Source: an uncultured bacterium
Lineage (GTDB): Bacteria; Chloroflexota; UBA5177; JANWHV01
Assembly: GCA_963729625.1 (NCBI GenBank)
Contig: CAVSOU010000015.1
Location: 38,375 to 102,374 of the forward strand
Length of the DNA stretch: 64,000 nt
Reading direction: 5' to 3'
The notes beneath the pieces were generated by a model. The model saw nothing but the letters and a program-made list of their open reading frames with translations, had not been told where the DNA came from and did no database searches. Of this stretch, positions 40,852 through 51,041 are shown in pieces. A program made the position numbers and the translations under genes. The first letter of the stretch is position 1. Each line of letters opens with the position of its first letter.

Positions 40852-42924
40852 TCAACGGTCTCGCTCAAATACGACCATGGCGTGACCATTGACTTCAGGC
40901 ACGCTCACGCTGGCGTACTCGCCCTGCTGTGATATGTCAAGTACCGTGCGCTCGGGAGCGAGATAGACCTGGCGCGGCCTCCAGCCCGTGCGTACTGCTA
41001 CTGACACGTCGTGGAGCGCGATCGCATCCTCCACGAGATCGAGATCGGGGGTACGTCGCTGTGGAACGTAATGCAGCAAGTGGCAGATCAGCCGCTCCGG
41101 CGAGTCGCCGTCGGCGCCCGCCGGCTGGCGCAGCACCGTCACCTCCGCGGTGGTAGGAAGGTTCGTCCGCACGATCGGATCGGGGAGCAGACGCCGCAGC
41201 AACGCGCCCACGATCTGCCGGTACGCTGGATACCCATTCCTCTGGTACGACAGGAACAGGGGGTGTGAGAGGTAGGCCACCCGGCCGCACAGCGTGGCGG
41301 CGGCAAGACCGTGCAGCCCGGCCGGATCGGGTGGCGTCTGCGCGTGCGATGAGAAGTGCGCCCAGGTACGGGAGAAGTAGGGCGAGACGATCTCCGCCAG
41401 CACCTCGGTCCCGGGCCGCGGTCGCACGGCGCTGCCGCGATCGTAGAGTGCGTGGTCCATGGCCGGAATCGACCCGGCGAGCGCGTCCATCGGTCGAAAG
41501 AACTCCACGTCGTCCCGTCCGGCGCCCAGGTACTCGACGCCCATCAGCGCCTCCAGCGCGAATTCTGAGCCGTCCACGCGCAGGCCCGACTCGTGGCTGA
41601 GCAGAACGGATCCCCCTCCACCCACGTAGCCACGGATCTTGGCCGCGAGCGCGGCATCCAGCCGGACGTGATCGGGGGCCACGATCACCCTGTAGGGAGA
41701 GAAGTCCGCCGCGCTATCGATCACGGCTGCCTGAGCGCCCATCTCCAACAGCATGTGCAGGGCACCCTCTTCGCTCTCCATGCCCATGACGCGCGTGCCC
41801 GTACTGCTGTCCGGTGGCAAGAGGATCGCCACCTCGGCCTGCGGCACGGCGCCGCGGCACCAAGGTTCCTTCGCCTCAACCGAGGCGTACGTCCTGCCAA
41901 TGCGTCGGTAGGTCTCCGCCACGGGGATCCCGCGCGGATGCAGCTGGTCGCCTACCGAGCACGCCGCGCCGCCGGCAAGGGCCCTGAAGCACTCATAGTC
42001 CAGCGCTGCCTGGCTCTTGACGGTGCCGAAGTCGGCCCACGAGCGGTGGAACGCCGCCGTCATGCCCAGGACCGGCTTGCCCAGGGTCTGGAAGAAGCGG
42101 TTATAGAGCGCAAAGTGCGTGTAGCCCCAGCCGCCGGTCGGCAGCGATTCCAGCTCCCAGTGTGTGTAATACGGCGCTTCGGGACGATTGCCTTCCTGCG
42201 GATCGCCGGTCAGGCGCATGCGCGCGTTGAAGTAGAGCGGCAAGCCGGGACGCTTTGCCCAGACCTCGCGGCTGATCCTGTCCATGAACCGGCGTTCCGC
42301 GGCAAGCGTGTAGGCATGCAGCGCCGTGTCGTCCTCGGGGTTCACACCGTCGGCCATCATACCGCGCAGGCAGTACGCACAGCAGCAGCCAGGCTGCGCG
42401 CTCATCAGGATGTCGAAGAAGAGACCATCCGCCGCATAGTGCGAAAGCACCTCATCGGTCACTGACGAGACGTGGTCGGCGTAGGGGCTGTTCATGCAGA
42501 GCCAGTGCCAGGAGTTATGGGCCAGCGCTCCGACCGGTAGCCGTCCGACGGGCCGGCCATCGCGATGTACCTGGCGCCACTCCGGATGCTCTTCAGCCTG
42601 GTGCTCGCTCCACACCACGGTGATGTAGACGGGCACGTTGATGCCGTGCCGGTGAGCAGCCTCGATCTGCTCGCCAAGCAGGTCTCGCTTGAGATGGGGA
42701 TGCATGTAGCCGACCTTGGTCGGGTAGTAGCTCATACCGTGATGGCAGGTAGCAAAACAGGTGATCGAATCGATGCGCGCATCGCGCAGCTGACGGGCCC
42801 AGGCATCGGCGTCAAAATCCTCGCCAACCGCGGGGATCAGCGGAGAGGTGTGGAAATCCAGATGCACCTGGCGAAAGCGCAGTGCAGGAACCTTCGGCTG
42901 GGCAGTGACCTGATCGGACATCAT
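40852..42924 (-). CDS. Glycoside hydrolase, GH151 alpha-L-fucosidase-like, with beta-galactosidase trimerisation domain
   Basis: RQVHLDFHTS, FATCHHGMSYYPT, DGLFFD, ELESLPTGGWGY, FHRSWADFG, GDQLHPRG. Confidence 0.82.
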   Translation of the reverse strand: MMSDQVTAQPKVPALRFRQVHLDFHTSPLIPAVGEDFDADAWARQLRDARIDSITCFATCHHGMSYYPTKVGYMHPHLKRDLLGEQIEAAHRHGINVPVYITVVWSEHQAEEHPEWRQVHRDGRPVGRLPVGALAHNSWHWLCMNSPYADHVSSVTDEVLSHYAADGLFFDILMSAQPGCCCAYCLRGMMADGVNPEDDTALHAYTLAAERRFMDRISREVWAKRPGLPLYFNARMRLTGDPQEGNRPEAPYYTHWELESLPTGGWGYTHFALYNRFFQTLGKPVLGMTAAFHRSWADFGTVKSQAALDYECFRALAGGAACSVGDQLHPRGIPVAETYRRIGRTYASVEAKEPWCRGAVPQAEVAILLPPDSSTGTRVMGMESEEGALHMLLEMGAQAAVIDSAADFSPYRVIVAPDHVRLDAALAAKIRGYVGGGGSVLLSHESGLRVDGSEFALEALMGVEYLGAGRDDVEFFRPMDALAGSIPAMDHALYDRGSAVRPRPGTEVLAEIVSPYFSRTWAHFSSHAQTPPDPAGLHGLAAATLCGRVAYLSHPLFLSYQRNGYPAYRQIVGALLRRLLPDPIVRTNLPTTAEVTVLRQPAGADGDSPERLICHLLHYVPQRRTPDLDLVEDAIALHDVSVAVRTGWRPRQVYLAPERTVLDISQQGEYASVSVPEVNGHAMVVFERDR

Positions 42925-43303
42925 TCGAAATCCCTTCTCTCCTGGCTGACGAGCATTCGCCTCGTGCATCCGGCTTGCGCAGCGTGCTCACTGGAACGCC
43001 ACCGCCGCTGTGAAGCGCCGACATGCGCCTGTGGCGACGAGGGACTCGCCTTCATGGTGATACCCTCAAGTCTAGCGCCCGTCCAGGCCGCGGATGCTGA
43101 TTCCCTCGACAAGGTAGCATGGCGGAGGCGCCAGATCGCGGTGCGCTTCACGCCAGGTCGCGGCCCGGGAGGTGCCCTCGCCCCGCTCCTGGCCAGACCC
43201 TATCCCAGCGCTTGAACATACCTGCTGCTTCTGCTACGACTAGCAATGGGCCGGTGTCATGCAGGAACCGCGTGCACGCCGTTTAGCTCGATCGGAGGAG
43301 GAG

Positions 43304-44350
43304 ATGGAATACCGCCAACTTGGACAGTCTGGATTGCGCGTCTCGGTGCTCACTCTGGGCACCATGACGTACGGGGGCCGGGGCGACTTCGCGAAGACCG
43401 GCGCGATCGATGCGGTCGGCGCCCGCCGCCACCTTGACATGGCCATCGACGCGGGCGTCAATCTGGTTGACACAGCCGATATCTATTCGTTCGGGCTGTC
43501 TGAGGAGATCGTGGGCAAGGCCGTCGCCGGGCGCCGCGACCGCATTCTCCTTGCCACGAAAGCTCGCATGCCTCTGAGCGACGGACCGAACGACGCCGGC
43601 CTCTCGCGTCATCATCTTATGCGCTCCCTTGAAGCCAGTCTCCGACGCCTGGGCACGGAGTATGTCGACCTCTATCAGGTCCACGAATGGGATGGCCAGA
43701 CTCCCCTGGCAGAGACCCTGGAAACGCTCGATTCGCTGGTGCGCGCCGGCAAGGTTCGCTACATCGGCTGTTCGAACTACGCTGGATGGCAACTGATGAA
43801 GGCATTAGGCGTATCCGATCGGCTCGGCTACCAGCGCTTTGTGAGCCAGCAGATTTACTACTCGCTGCAGGCCCGCGATGCCGAGTATGAGCTCATTCCT
43901 GCCGGCATCGACCAAGGCGTCGGCGTGTTGGTCTGGAGTCCGCTTGCCGGTGGACTGCTCTCCGGCAAGTACCGCCGTGGGCAGGATAGCGCGCGCCGGC
44001 TGGCTGGGTGGGACGAGCCGCCGGTACGTGATGCGAACCAGCTGTACGACACTGTCGACGCGCTCGTCGAGGTCGCCGCGGGCCGAGGCGTCTCTCCGGC
44101 CCAGGTTGCTCTTGCCTGGCTGCTACGCAGGCCGGGCATTACCTCGCTGGTCGTCGGCGCACGGACGGATGAACAACTTTCCGACAACCTTCGAGCTGCC
44201 GACCTGCGCCTGACCGACGCAGAGCAGGGACGGCTGGATGCCACGAGCGTCCTGCCACTCTTGTATCCCTTCTGGCACCAAGCCGCGACGGCTGCAGACC
44301 GCCTGAGCCCAGCCGATCTCACCCTCCTCGGGACGCGCATCCGTCGCTGA
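43304..44350 (+). CDS. Aldo/keto reductase
   Basis: MEYRQLGQSGL, GTM, DTADIYS, DLYQVH, GKVRYIGCSN, WSPLAGGLLSGKY; RBS GGAGGAGG. Confidence 0.95.
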   Translation: MEYRQLGQSGLRVSVLTLGTMTYGGRGDFAKTGAIDAVGARRHLDMAIDAGVNLVDTADIYSFGLSEEIVGKAVAGRRDRILLATKARMPLSDGPNDAGLSRHHLMRSLEASLRRLGTEYVDLYQVHEWDGQTPLAETLETLDSLVRAGKVRYIGCSNYAGWQLMKALGVSDRLGYQRFVSQQIYYSLQARDAEYELIPAGIDQGVGVLVWSPLAGGLLSGKYRRGQDSARRLAGWDEPPVRDANQLYDTVDALVEVAAGRGVSPAQVALAWLLRRPGITSLVVGARTDEQLSDNLRAADLRLTDAEQGRLDATSVLPLLYPFWHQAATAADRLSPADLTLLGTRIRR

Positions 44351-44385
44351 CTAGAAGCTACTACGCCGCGACATAGCACCATCCT

Positions 44386-44414
44386 CGATTGAGCCGGCGG
44401 TGCCGGCTCAATCG
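44386..44414 (+). terminator. 13-bp perfect hairpin after the AKR gene
   Basis: CGATTGAGCCGGC-GGT-GCCGGCTCAATCG. Confidence 0.55.
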
Positions 44415-44630
44415 GGCATGTTTCGGGCGGCCGCGCTAACCTATAGTGAGATGGCGGAGTCGGGTGGGGCACAGGCCCTCGCCGGAGCGGACCGCGAAGC
44501 GCGCGGCAAGCAGAGAGCAAGGAACGCACACGTGCAGGATCGCACAGCCGGTCTTCAGCTTATCTACGGAGCCAGGACCGACGCGTCTCTCGGCGACGCG
44601 CAGTCCGCGGCACCACGCGGGCCCGGTTCG

Positions 44631-45392
44631 ATGCGGTTGTTCAGACGGAGCTCTGCAGTCATTTACGCGGTGCTCATGCGCCACGTCGCCGGTACCTGCG
44701 CAGCAGGTGACCACTTGCGCGGGACGGCGCCCGGCCAGCCCATCGACCTGCGTGAGGCCGCGCTCGCTTTGGGCGCCGGAGCGCGCGTTGCCGCGGCGTA
44801 CGCCGATTCGGGTGTGCATGATGAGACCTCCACTACGTGGGTGGCTGTCGGATCGACTGCGCCTTCACTGATCGTGTTTGGCGCTGCCGGAAAGGACACA
44901 TCCGATATCACCATTCACTGCGCGATCGAAGACGTTACATCCGGCAGCGCGAGCGTTGCGCTGTTCCCCGAGGTGACCGGCGGCAACTTCTTTAGCCGCG
45001 GCGCCAGGAGGCGGAGGGCCGACGAGCTGTGCCAGTCACTCATGTCGACGGCATCGCTGGCCATCACACGACACGCAGGAAGCACGTCGCCGCGATGTGC
45101 TCCACGCGAGTTCGCGCGAGGAAGCGCGCTTCTCCTTGTGCATGGCGCCTCGTTCAGAGGCGAGCTTTGCGAGATCAGCGCCGGAGGCGTCTCAGCCACA
45201 ATTCCGAGGCACGCGTTGAGCGGGGAGCTTCCGGGTCGCGCATCGAGCGGAGGTGTCATGCTGCGGAGCGCGGTCGGATTGTCCGGCACGTTGATCACGT
45301 GCCTGAAGCACGCTCACGTTACGCAGTCCGTTCGCATCGTGCACCTATGGTCGGTGGCTCATGGTCTTCGTGTGGGCATGCTGTTGACATAG
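44631..45392 (+). CDS. Hypothetical protein with C-terminal PilZ-like domain (start uncertain, possibly 44451)
   Basis: RCAPR followed by GELCEISAGGV and terminal LRVGM match the PilZ RxxxR / (D/N)xSxxG layout. Confidence 0.55.
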   Translation: MRLFRRSSAVIYAVLMRHVAGTCAAGDHLRGTAPGQPIDLREAALALGAGARVAAAYADSGVHDETSTTWVAVGSTAPSLIVFGAAGKDTSDITIHCAIEDVTSGSASVALFPEVTGGNFFSRGARRRRADELCQSLMSTASLAITRHAGSTSPRCAPREFARGSALLLVHGASFRGELCEISAGGVSATIPRHALSGELPGRASSGGVMLRSAVGLSGTLITCLKHAHVTQSVRIVHLWSVAHGLRVGMLLT

Positions 45393-45604
45393 CCGGCGCG
45401 GCGCCGGCCGGGAATCTGCCGCGCGCCGGCACGAACGCCTTCAGCATGCTCTGAACAGTGGGTTCTGCTCACTCGCGCCGCGGCCCAGTGCTCGGCCCGT
45501 AACTGACAGGCCCCCAGACCGGCTAGCCCCTTTATGCCGGTGCACCCGCGCATGGGACGTGGTATGGTGGCACTATAGGTCAGGCGATCTGAGGTTCTAA
45601 TACC

Positions 45605-46075
45605 ATGGCTGCGAAATATGCTGAAGCGTCGATGCCGGCGTCCTCTCAGCGCACTATATTGGTAGTCGATGACGACGTCCCGACGCTTGAGTTGCTCTCG
45701 GCGACTTTCACGCTCGAGGGCTATCGCGTTGTAGATGCCATAAACGGACGCGAGGGCCTGAACAGGCTGATACGCGATCGACCGGACATCGTTTTGTGCG
45801 ACGTGCTCATGCCTGATATCGACGGGCGGGGTTTCTCGGAGGCCTTGCACGCACACGCCACATTCAGGAAGATCCCGCTCGTGCTGGTGAGTGCCGGCCA
45901 GGAGGCCACTGTGGCCAAGGGTATTGAGTACCGCGCCTTCGTGGAAAAGCCCTTTTCTATCAGTGCGCTCATCGCGTTGGTGAAGTCTCTCATCGACGAG
46001 CCACACCCCCAGGCGCCATCTGAGTCGCAGGTAACAGACCTTCCAAATACGTCCCGAACGTCCCAGCCTAGCTGA
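45605..46075 (+). CDS. Single-domain response regulator receiver
   Basis: ILVVDDD, DIVLCDVLMP.IDG, VSA, KPF. Confidence 0.92.
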   Translation: MAAKYAEASMPASSQRTILVVDDDVPTLELLSATFTLEGYRVVDAINGREGLNRLIRDRPDIVLCDVLMPDIDGRGFSEALHAHATFRKIPLVLVSAGQEATVAKGIEYRAFVEKPFSISALIALVKSLIDEPHPQAPSESQVTDLPNTSRTSQPS

Positions 46076-46171
46076 TGACCGAAATTTCCGGTACGCCCAA
46101 CTCTGCTACTGTGGAAAGCGTGGGATATCTGCAGAGAGCAGAGCACACGTAGCAGAGGGGGTACCGAGGCA

Positions 46172-46618
46172 ATGCCGAAAGCCGCATTGAGCACCGCACA
46201 TGCCGCCTGGGACGGCGACCTCATCCACGGAAAAGGAAGCTTCACGGTGGGGAGTGGCGCCACCGGCGAGCTTCCCGTCACCTGGGCCGGCAGAACTGAA
46301 CGCACGCCGGGCACCACGAGCCCCGAGGAGTTGATCGCGGCCGCGCATGCTGCATGCTATGCCATGGCCTTCTCGAATACTCTGGCCAAGAAGGGCACGC
46401 CACCCACGCATCTGGATATCACGGCGACCTGCACGTTTGCACCTACCGACAGCGGCTTCAAAATCGCCTCAATGCTTTTGCAGGTGCGTGGCCGCGTGCC
46501 GGGTCTGGACCAAGCCGGCTTCGAGGCCGCTGCCATACAGGGCGAGCAAGGCTGCCCGGTCTCCAACGCGCTGCGTAACAACGTCGAGATCACCGTGAAG
46601 GCGGAGCTCGCCAACTAG
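46172..46618 (+). CDS. osmC: OsmC-family peroxiredoxin
   Basis: W.G.L..GKG, TSPEELIAAAHAACYAMA, CPVSNAL. Confidence 0.95.
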   Translation: MPKAALSTAHAAWDGDLIHGKGSFTVGSGATGELPVTWAGRTERTPGTTSPEELIAAAHAACYAMAFSNTLAKKGTPPTHLDITATCTFAPTDSGFKIASMLLQVRGRVPGLDQAGFEAAAIQGEQGCPVSNALRNNVEITVKAELAN

Positions 46619-46619
46619 C

Positions 46620-47630
46620 CTAGATACAGCTCAGCACGATCTTGCCGAACTGCGCGGCCTCCTCCATGCGAGTCTGGGCCGCGCCGGCCTCCGCCAGGGA
46701 GAAGACGCTGTCGATCGCCGGCTTCGCCGTGCCGGCGGCAAAGACCTCCAGCATGGCCGCGAACTCAGCCGGCGTGCCCATGGTGGACCCGCGGACGTCA
46801 ATCTGCTTCCAGAAGACGCGCCGTAGCACCATATTGGACACGACCCCGAGCGTGGAACCGTACAGGACGACGCGCGCACCCGGCCGCGCGACGTCGAGAA
46901 CCTGGTTGAAGAAGTCACCGCCAACGCTGTCGATCACGACGTCCGGCCCGCTGCCGTAGGCGGCAGCACGGACCTTTTCTACCCAGTCGGCTGCCTTATA
47001 GCTGAAGCCGGCATCGGCGCCCAGAGTCGCGGCCCGCGCCAGCTTCTGGTCGCTGCCAGAGAGCACGAGCACGCGCGCGCCGAGGCTGCGTGCGAAGGTC
47101 AGCGCGAACGCCGCAACCCCGCCTCCGATGCCGGTGATCAGCACGGTCTCGCCAGGCGCCACCTGTGCCCTTGTCACAACGGCCCGGTATGCCGTAAGCC
47201 CGGCCAAGGGAATGGCCGCGGCTTCTTCCCACGACAGCGCCTGAGGCTTTGGATAGATCGCGCTTGCCGGTACGCGCACGAGCTGCGCATAGGTGCCGTT
47301 CTCCGGGAGACCAAGAATACGCCAGTTGGGCCCTTGAGTCGCGGGATCGTCACCCCAGTCAAGCGACGGGTTGATGACCACCTCCTGGCCGACCGTGACG
47401 TGCGTTACCCCGTCGCCGACCTCGGCGACGACACCTGCCCCATCGGAGCCGGGGATGATTGGCAGCACGATCCCGGCATATCGGCCAGAGCGGATGTACG
47501 TGTCGCGGCGGTTCAGCGCGGCGGCGCGAAGCCGCACCACCACCTGGCCCGGGCCGGCCACCGGGTCGTCGACATCTTCCAGACGCAACACTTCGGGTCC
47601 ACCGATCTCACGCTGCACGATCGCTCGCAT
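46620..47630 (-). CDS. MDR-family NADPH:quinone oxidoreductase / zinc-binding dehydrogenase
   Basis: GGPEVL, ALNRRD, PGSDGAG, TGIGGGVA, GSTMG, QFGKIVL; RBS GGAGG. Confidence 0.92.
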   Translation of the reverse strand: MRAIVQREIGGPEVLRLEDVDDPVAGPGQVVVRLRAAALNRRDTYIRSGRYAGIVLPIIPGSDGAGVVAEVGDGVTHVTVGQEVVINPSLDWGDDPATQGPNWRILGLPENGTYAQLVRVPASAIYPKPQALSWEEAAAIPLAGLTAYRAVVTRAQVAPGETVLITGIGGGVAAFALTFARSLGARVLVLSGSDQKLARAATLGADAGFSYKAADWVEKVRAAAYGSGPDVVIDSVGGDFFNQVLDVARPGARVVLYGSTLGVVSNMVLRRVFWKQIDVRGSTMGTPAEFAAMLEVFAAGTAKPAIDSVFSLAEAGAAQTRMEEAAQFGKIVLSCI

Positions 47631-47994
47631 TGGCTTCTTTCCTCCCGGATTGAATGGCACATGTGCCGGCCCACCCCGCATGCGCGACGGCTACGGTGAA
47701 CCGGGGACACACCGATTCGACCGGGGACTATGCACTCGGCGCCTCATGCAAAGGCACGCGTCCCTGGAAAGGCTCCCATTGTTGGACTTCGCCGTCAATC
47801 GCACTGTCGAAGACGATGTCCGACCTTCCGCGCTAACAGCGGGCCTTTTCCATAGTATCGGGCGACTCGAGCACGAGTGTGGCGACTCTTGTATCGTTAG
47901 GCTATGCACGCGCAGTTCGCTGGATGGCCGATACAGGTATGGGGATATCCGGATTCACCACTTGAGAACCAGAATGCGCCTGGCCCATAGTTGT

Positions 47995-48049
47995 AGGTGG
48001 TCGCGTGCCCAGCACGTCGCCTACGGACTGAGAACCCACGCGACCACCT
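47995..48049. repeat. 13-bp perfect inverted repeat with 29-nt loop upstream of chrA
   Basis: AGGTGGTCGCGTG...CACGCGACCACCT. Confidence 0.6.
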
Positions 48050-48086
48050 TGAACACTCTGCCCCGGCCCATCCGCGGGTCACGATC

Positions 48087-49301
48087 GTGAGCGCGGCGCC
48101 TGCTGAAGTCGTGCCGCCGGCCACCGGGAACGCACCGGAAGTGTTTCTGGCGGCGCTGAAGCTGGGAGTCACGTCGTTCGGTGGGCCGGTTGCGCACCTG
48201 GGATATTTCCGTGCCGAGTACGTCGAGCGCAAGCATTGGCTTGACGACGCTCGTTTTGCGGACCTCGTTGCACTATGCCAGTTCCTGCCGGGCCCGGCGA
48301 GCAGTGAGCTGGGCATTGCCATTGGTCTCACGCGGGCCGGCCTGCTTGGCGGGCTCGCCGCGTGGCTTGGCTTTACTTTCCCGTCGGCACTTGCCCTCGT
48401 GCTGTTCGCGTTCCTCGTTCGCCACGGCAGTGTGGTCGACTCGGGTTGGATTCATGGGCTGCAGGTGGTCGCGGTTGCCGTGGTAGCGCAGGCCGTGTGG
48501 ACCATGGCGCGGACACTCGCGCCCGACCGGCCCCGGGCGACACTTGCCATTCTTGCCGCCATCGCCGCGTTACTCACGTCTTCACCCGCATTGCAGGTGT
48601 TGGTGATCGCTGCCGGCGCTGCGCTTGGGTGGCGTCTCCTTCCCGGCGAGAAGGAGGTCGAGCATCCGGCTGTGCCCAGGAGCGTCGGGCGCAGATCGGC
48701 GATCGTTGCCTGGACGCTGCTGATCGGGCTGTTGATCGGCCTTCCGCTGCTGCGGCGACTCTATGCAGCGCACTGGCTGGCGCTTGCCGACAGCTTCTAC
48801 CGCTCCGGCGCGCTCGTGTTTGGAGGGGGCCACGTCGTGCTGCCGCTCCTGCAGGCGTCAATTGCCGCTCCCGGTTGGGTAACGAATGCCCAGTTTGCCG
48901 CGGGTTATGGCGCCGCGCAAGCGGTACCGGGCCCGCTCTTCACGTTTGCCGCCTATTTGGGCGCCGTCGAAGGTCCGGCGCCAAACGGCGTCGTGGGGGG
49001 TGCGATCGCGCTGGTAGCGATATTCCTCCCGGCCTTTCTGCTGGTAGTGGGTGCGTTCCCGCTCTGGAACGCCATGCGCCTCAACCCGGTGGTTGGGGCG
49101 GCGCTTCGCGGCGTCAACGCCGCAGTGGTTGGCCTGCTTCTCTCCGCGCTGTACAACCCGATCTGGACGAGTGCCATTCACCGTTCGCTGGACGCCGCTC
49201 TGGCGCTGGCCGCATTTGGACTGCTCGCGATCTGGCGCCTGCCGCCGTGGCTGGTCGCACTATTGGCAGTCGGCGGCGGCACGCTCATCGCCGCGCAATG
49301 A
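48087..49301 (+). CDS. chrA: Chromate efflux transporter (long-chain CHR)
   Basis: SFGGPVAHLGYF, QFLPGPASS, LVFGGGHVVLPLL, AQAVPGPLF. Confidence 0.95.
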   Translation: MSAAPAEVVPPATGNAPEVFLAALKLGVTSFGGPVAHLGYFRAEYVERKHWLDDARFADLVALCQFLPGPASSELGIAIGLTRAGLLGGLAAWLGFTFPSALALVLFAFLVRHGSVVDSGWIHGLQVVAVAVVAQAVWTMARTLAPDRPRATLAILAAIAALLTSSPALQVLVIAAGAALGWRLLPGEKEVEHPAVPRSVGRRSAIVAWTLLIGLLIGLPLLRRLYAAHWLALADSFYRSGALVFGGGHVVLPLLQASIAAPGWVTNAQFAAGYGAAQAVPGPLFTFAAYLGAVEGPAPNGVVGGAIALVAIFLPAFLLVVGAFPLWNAMRLNPVVGAALRGVNAAVVGLLLSALYNPIWTSAIHRSLDAALALAAFGLLAIWRLPPWLVALLAVGGGTLIAAQ

Positions 49302-49330
49302 CTGGCATCGCTCGATTCTCGGGTACGCGT

Positions 49331-49774
49331 TCAGGAACCGCTCTCATCATCCTGCGAAGCAATGTATACGGGGACTTCCTGTACCCGGCCATCGACGATA
49401 CGGAATGCGCGAATCTCGGGGTTCTCAGCATCCTGCAGCGTAATGATGGCGTAGTAGACGTCGGGATAGAAGGCCAGGCCGATGTCCGTCGGCGACGGGT
49501 ATGCAGGTGTATGCGTGTGCGAATGGTAGATCGCCAGCAGGTCCCAGCCGTGCTCGTCCATTTCCTGTATCGCTTTCAGCTGGGCGCGCGGCTCCACGTT
49601 GTAGCGGTAGATACTGGGATCTACGTTGGGGAGGCGATACAGCCGCGTTGCACGGCCGTGCAGGCCGGCGATCAGCCCGCAGGCCTCGGCCGGCGCCTCG
49701 GTACGGGCTTGCTCGACAATCTCACGGGCGTAGGCGAGCGGGAGAACGAGCGCTCCGGCGTCACCACCTGACAC
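49331..49774 (-). CDS. mec: JAB/MPN+ (M67) metallopeptidase, Mec-like
   Basis: EACG...YHSHTHTPAYPSPTD JAMM motif; IRAFRI; RBS GAGGG. Confidence 0.9.
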   Translation of the reverse strand: MSGGDAGALVLPLAYAREIVEQARTEAPAEACGLIAGLHGRATRLYRLPNVDPSIYRYNVEPRAQLKAIQEMDEHGWDLLAIYHSHTHTPAYPSPTDIGLAFYPDVYYAIITLQDAENPEIRAFRIVDGRVQEVPVYIASQDDESGS

Positions 49775-49871
49775 TGCCCTCTATCTCCTCTTCCAGCTAT
49801 CGCGGATCTGCCGCACAGAACCGCGCGCTCACCGCCCGAGCACGGCGCGGCATCGCTGTCACCGCAGCCGC

Positions 49872-51041
49872 TTACCGCTCCGGCACCGCGCACGCGTAGT
49901 CGAGGTCTGTCACGTGCTCAAGGGTGGCGTGCTCTCCGCAGGCCGGGCAGTTGAGATTCTTCCGCAGCCGCACTTCGCGGAAGCCGGTTTCCAGAGCGTC
50001 GAAGAGCAGTAACCGCCCTATCAACGGCTCGCCAATGCCCAGCAGCAGCTTGAGTGCCTCCAACGCCTGTAACGATCCGACGATTCCGGGCAGCACTCCG
50101 AGGACCCCTGCCTCCGCACAGGAGGGAGCTAGCTCGGGCGGCGGTGGCTCTGGGAAGATACAGCGATAGCACGGGCCTTCGTAGGGCTGGAACACGGTCA
50201 GTTGCCCTTCGAAGCGGAAGATACTGCCATGTACGACCGGTTTTCGTGCTAGCAGACTGGCATCGTTCAGCAGGTAGCGCGTGGGGAAGTTGTCGGCGCC
50301 ATCCACGATGAGATCGTACCGGCCGATGATGCCCATCACGTTCTCGGCCACGAGTCGTTCATTATGCTCGACCACCCGCACGTCCGGGTTGAGCGCCTCC
50401 AGGGCTTGGCGCGCGGACGACGTCTTCGGTTGGCCCAACCGTGCAGTGGAGTGGAGGATCTGCCGCTGCAGGTTCGATTCGTCGACCACGTCCGAATCCA
50501 CCAGGCCGATTGTGCCCACCCCCGCGGCTGCCAGGTACAAAGCTGCTGGGGAACCGAGGCCGCCGGCGCCGACAAGCAGCACCTTGCTTTCAAGCAGTTT
50601 GATTTGCCCGGCCTCGCCAATCTCCGGGATCAACAGATGCCGGCTGTAGCGGTTCCTCTGGGCCGCGTCGAGCGTGCGGGGAACGTTGTAGGGCAGTCCG
50701 GCGTTCTTCCACCCGTTGAAACCGGTCTCCATCGAGACCACATCGGTGTAGCCAAGGCTCTGAAGGGAAACGGCGGCGAGAGCCGACCGTACCCCACCAG
50801 CGCAATAGACCACTACCGGCTGGTCGCGGTCGGGAACCTCGCTCTCGATACGCAGCTCGAGATAGCCACGTGGGATGTGTATGGCTCCACGCAGGGCGCC
50901 TTGCTGATACTCGTCCAGCTCGCGAACGTCGAGCAACACAGGCGGATGAGGCTGCTTGGTCGCCTCGAAGACGTCCGAGGGACCGGCCTCACGAATCTGC
51001 TGCTTCACGTGCCGCAGCAGTTGGGGAAAGCTCTGTGCCAT
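49872..51041 (-). CDS. moeB: Rhodanese-ThiF fusion adenylyltransferase/sulfurtransferase (MoeB/MoeZ-like)
   Basis: N-terminal LDVRE..YCAGGVRS; RYSRH, VGAGGLG, SNLQRQ, PCYRC, SCAEAGVLG, CPAC; RBS AAGGAG. Confidence 0.95.
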   Translation of the reverse strand: MAQSFPQLLRHVKQQIREAGPSDVFEATKQPHPPVLLDVRELDEYQQGALRGAIHIPRGYLELRIESEVPDRDQPVVVYCAGGVRSALAAVSLQSLGYTDVVSMETGFNGWKNAGLPYNVPRTLDAAQRNRYSRHLLIPEIGEAGQIKLLESKVLLVGAGGLGSPAALYLAAAGVGTIGLVDSDVVDESNLQRQILHSTARLGQPKTSSARQALEALNPDVRVVEHNERLVAENVMGIIGRYDLIVDGADNFPTRYLLNDASLLARKPVVHGSIFRFEGQLTVFQPYEGPCYRCIFPEPPPPELAPSCAEAGVLGVLPGIVGSLQALEALKLLLGIGEPLIGRLLLFDALETGFREVRLRKNLNCPACGEHATLEHVTDLDYACAVPER

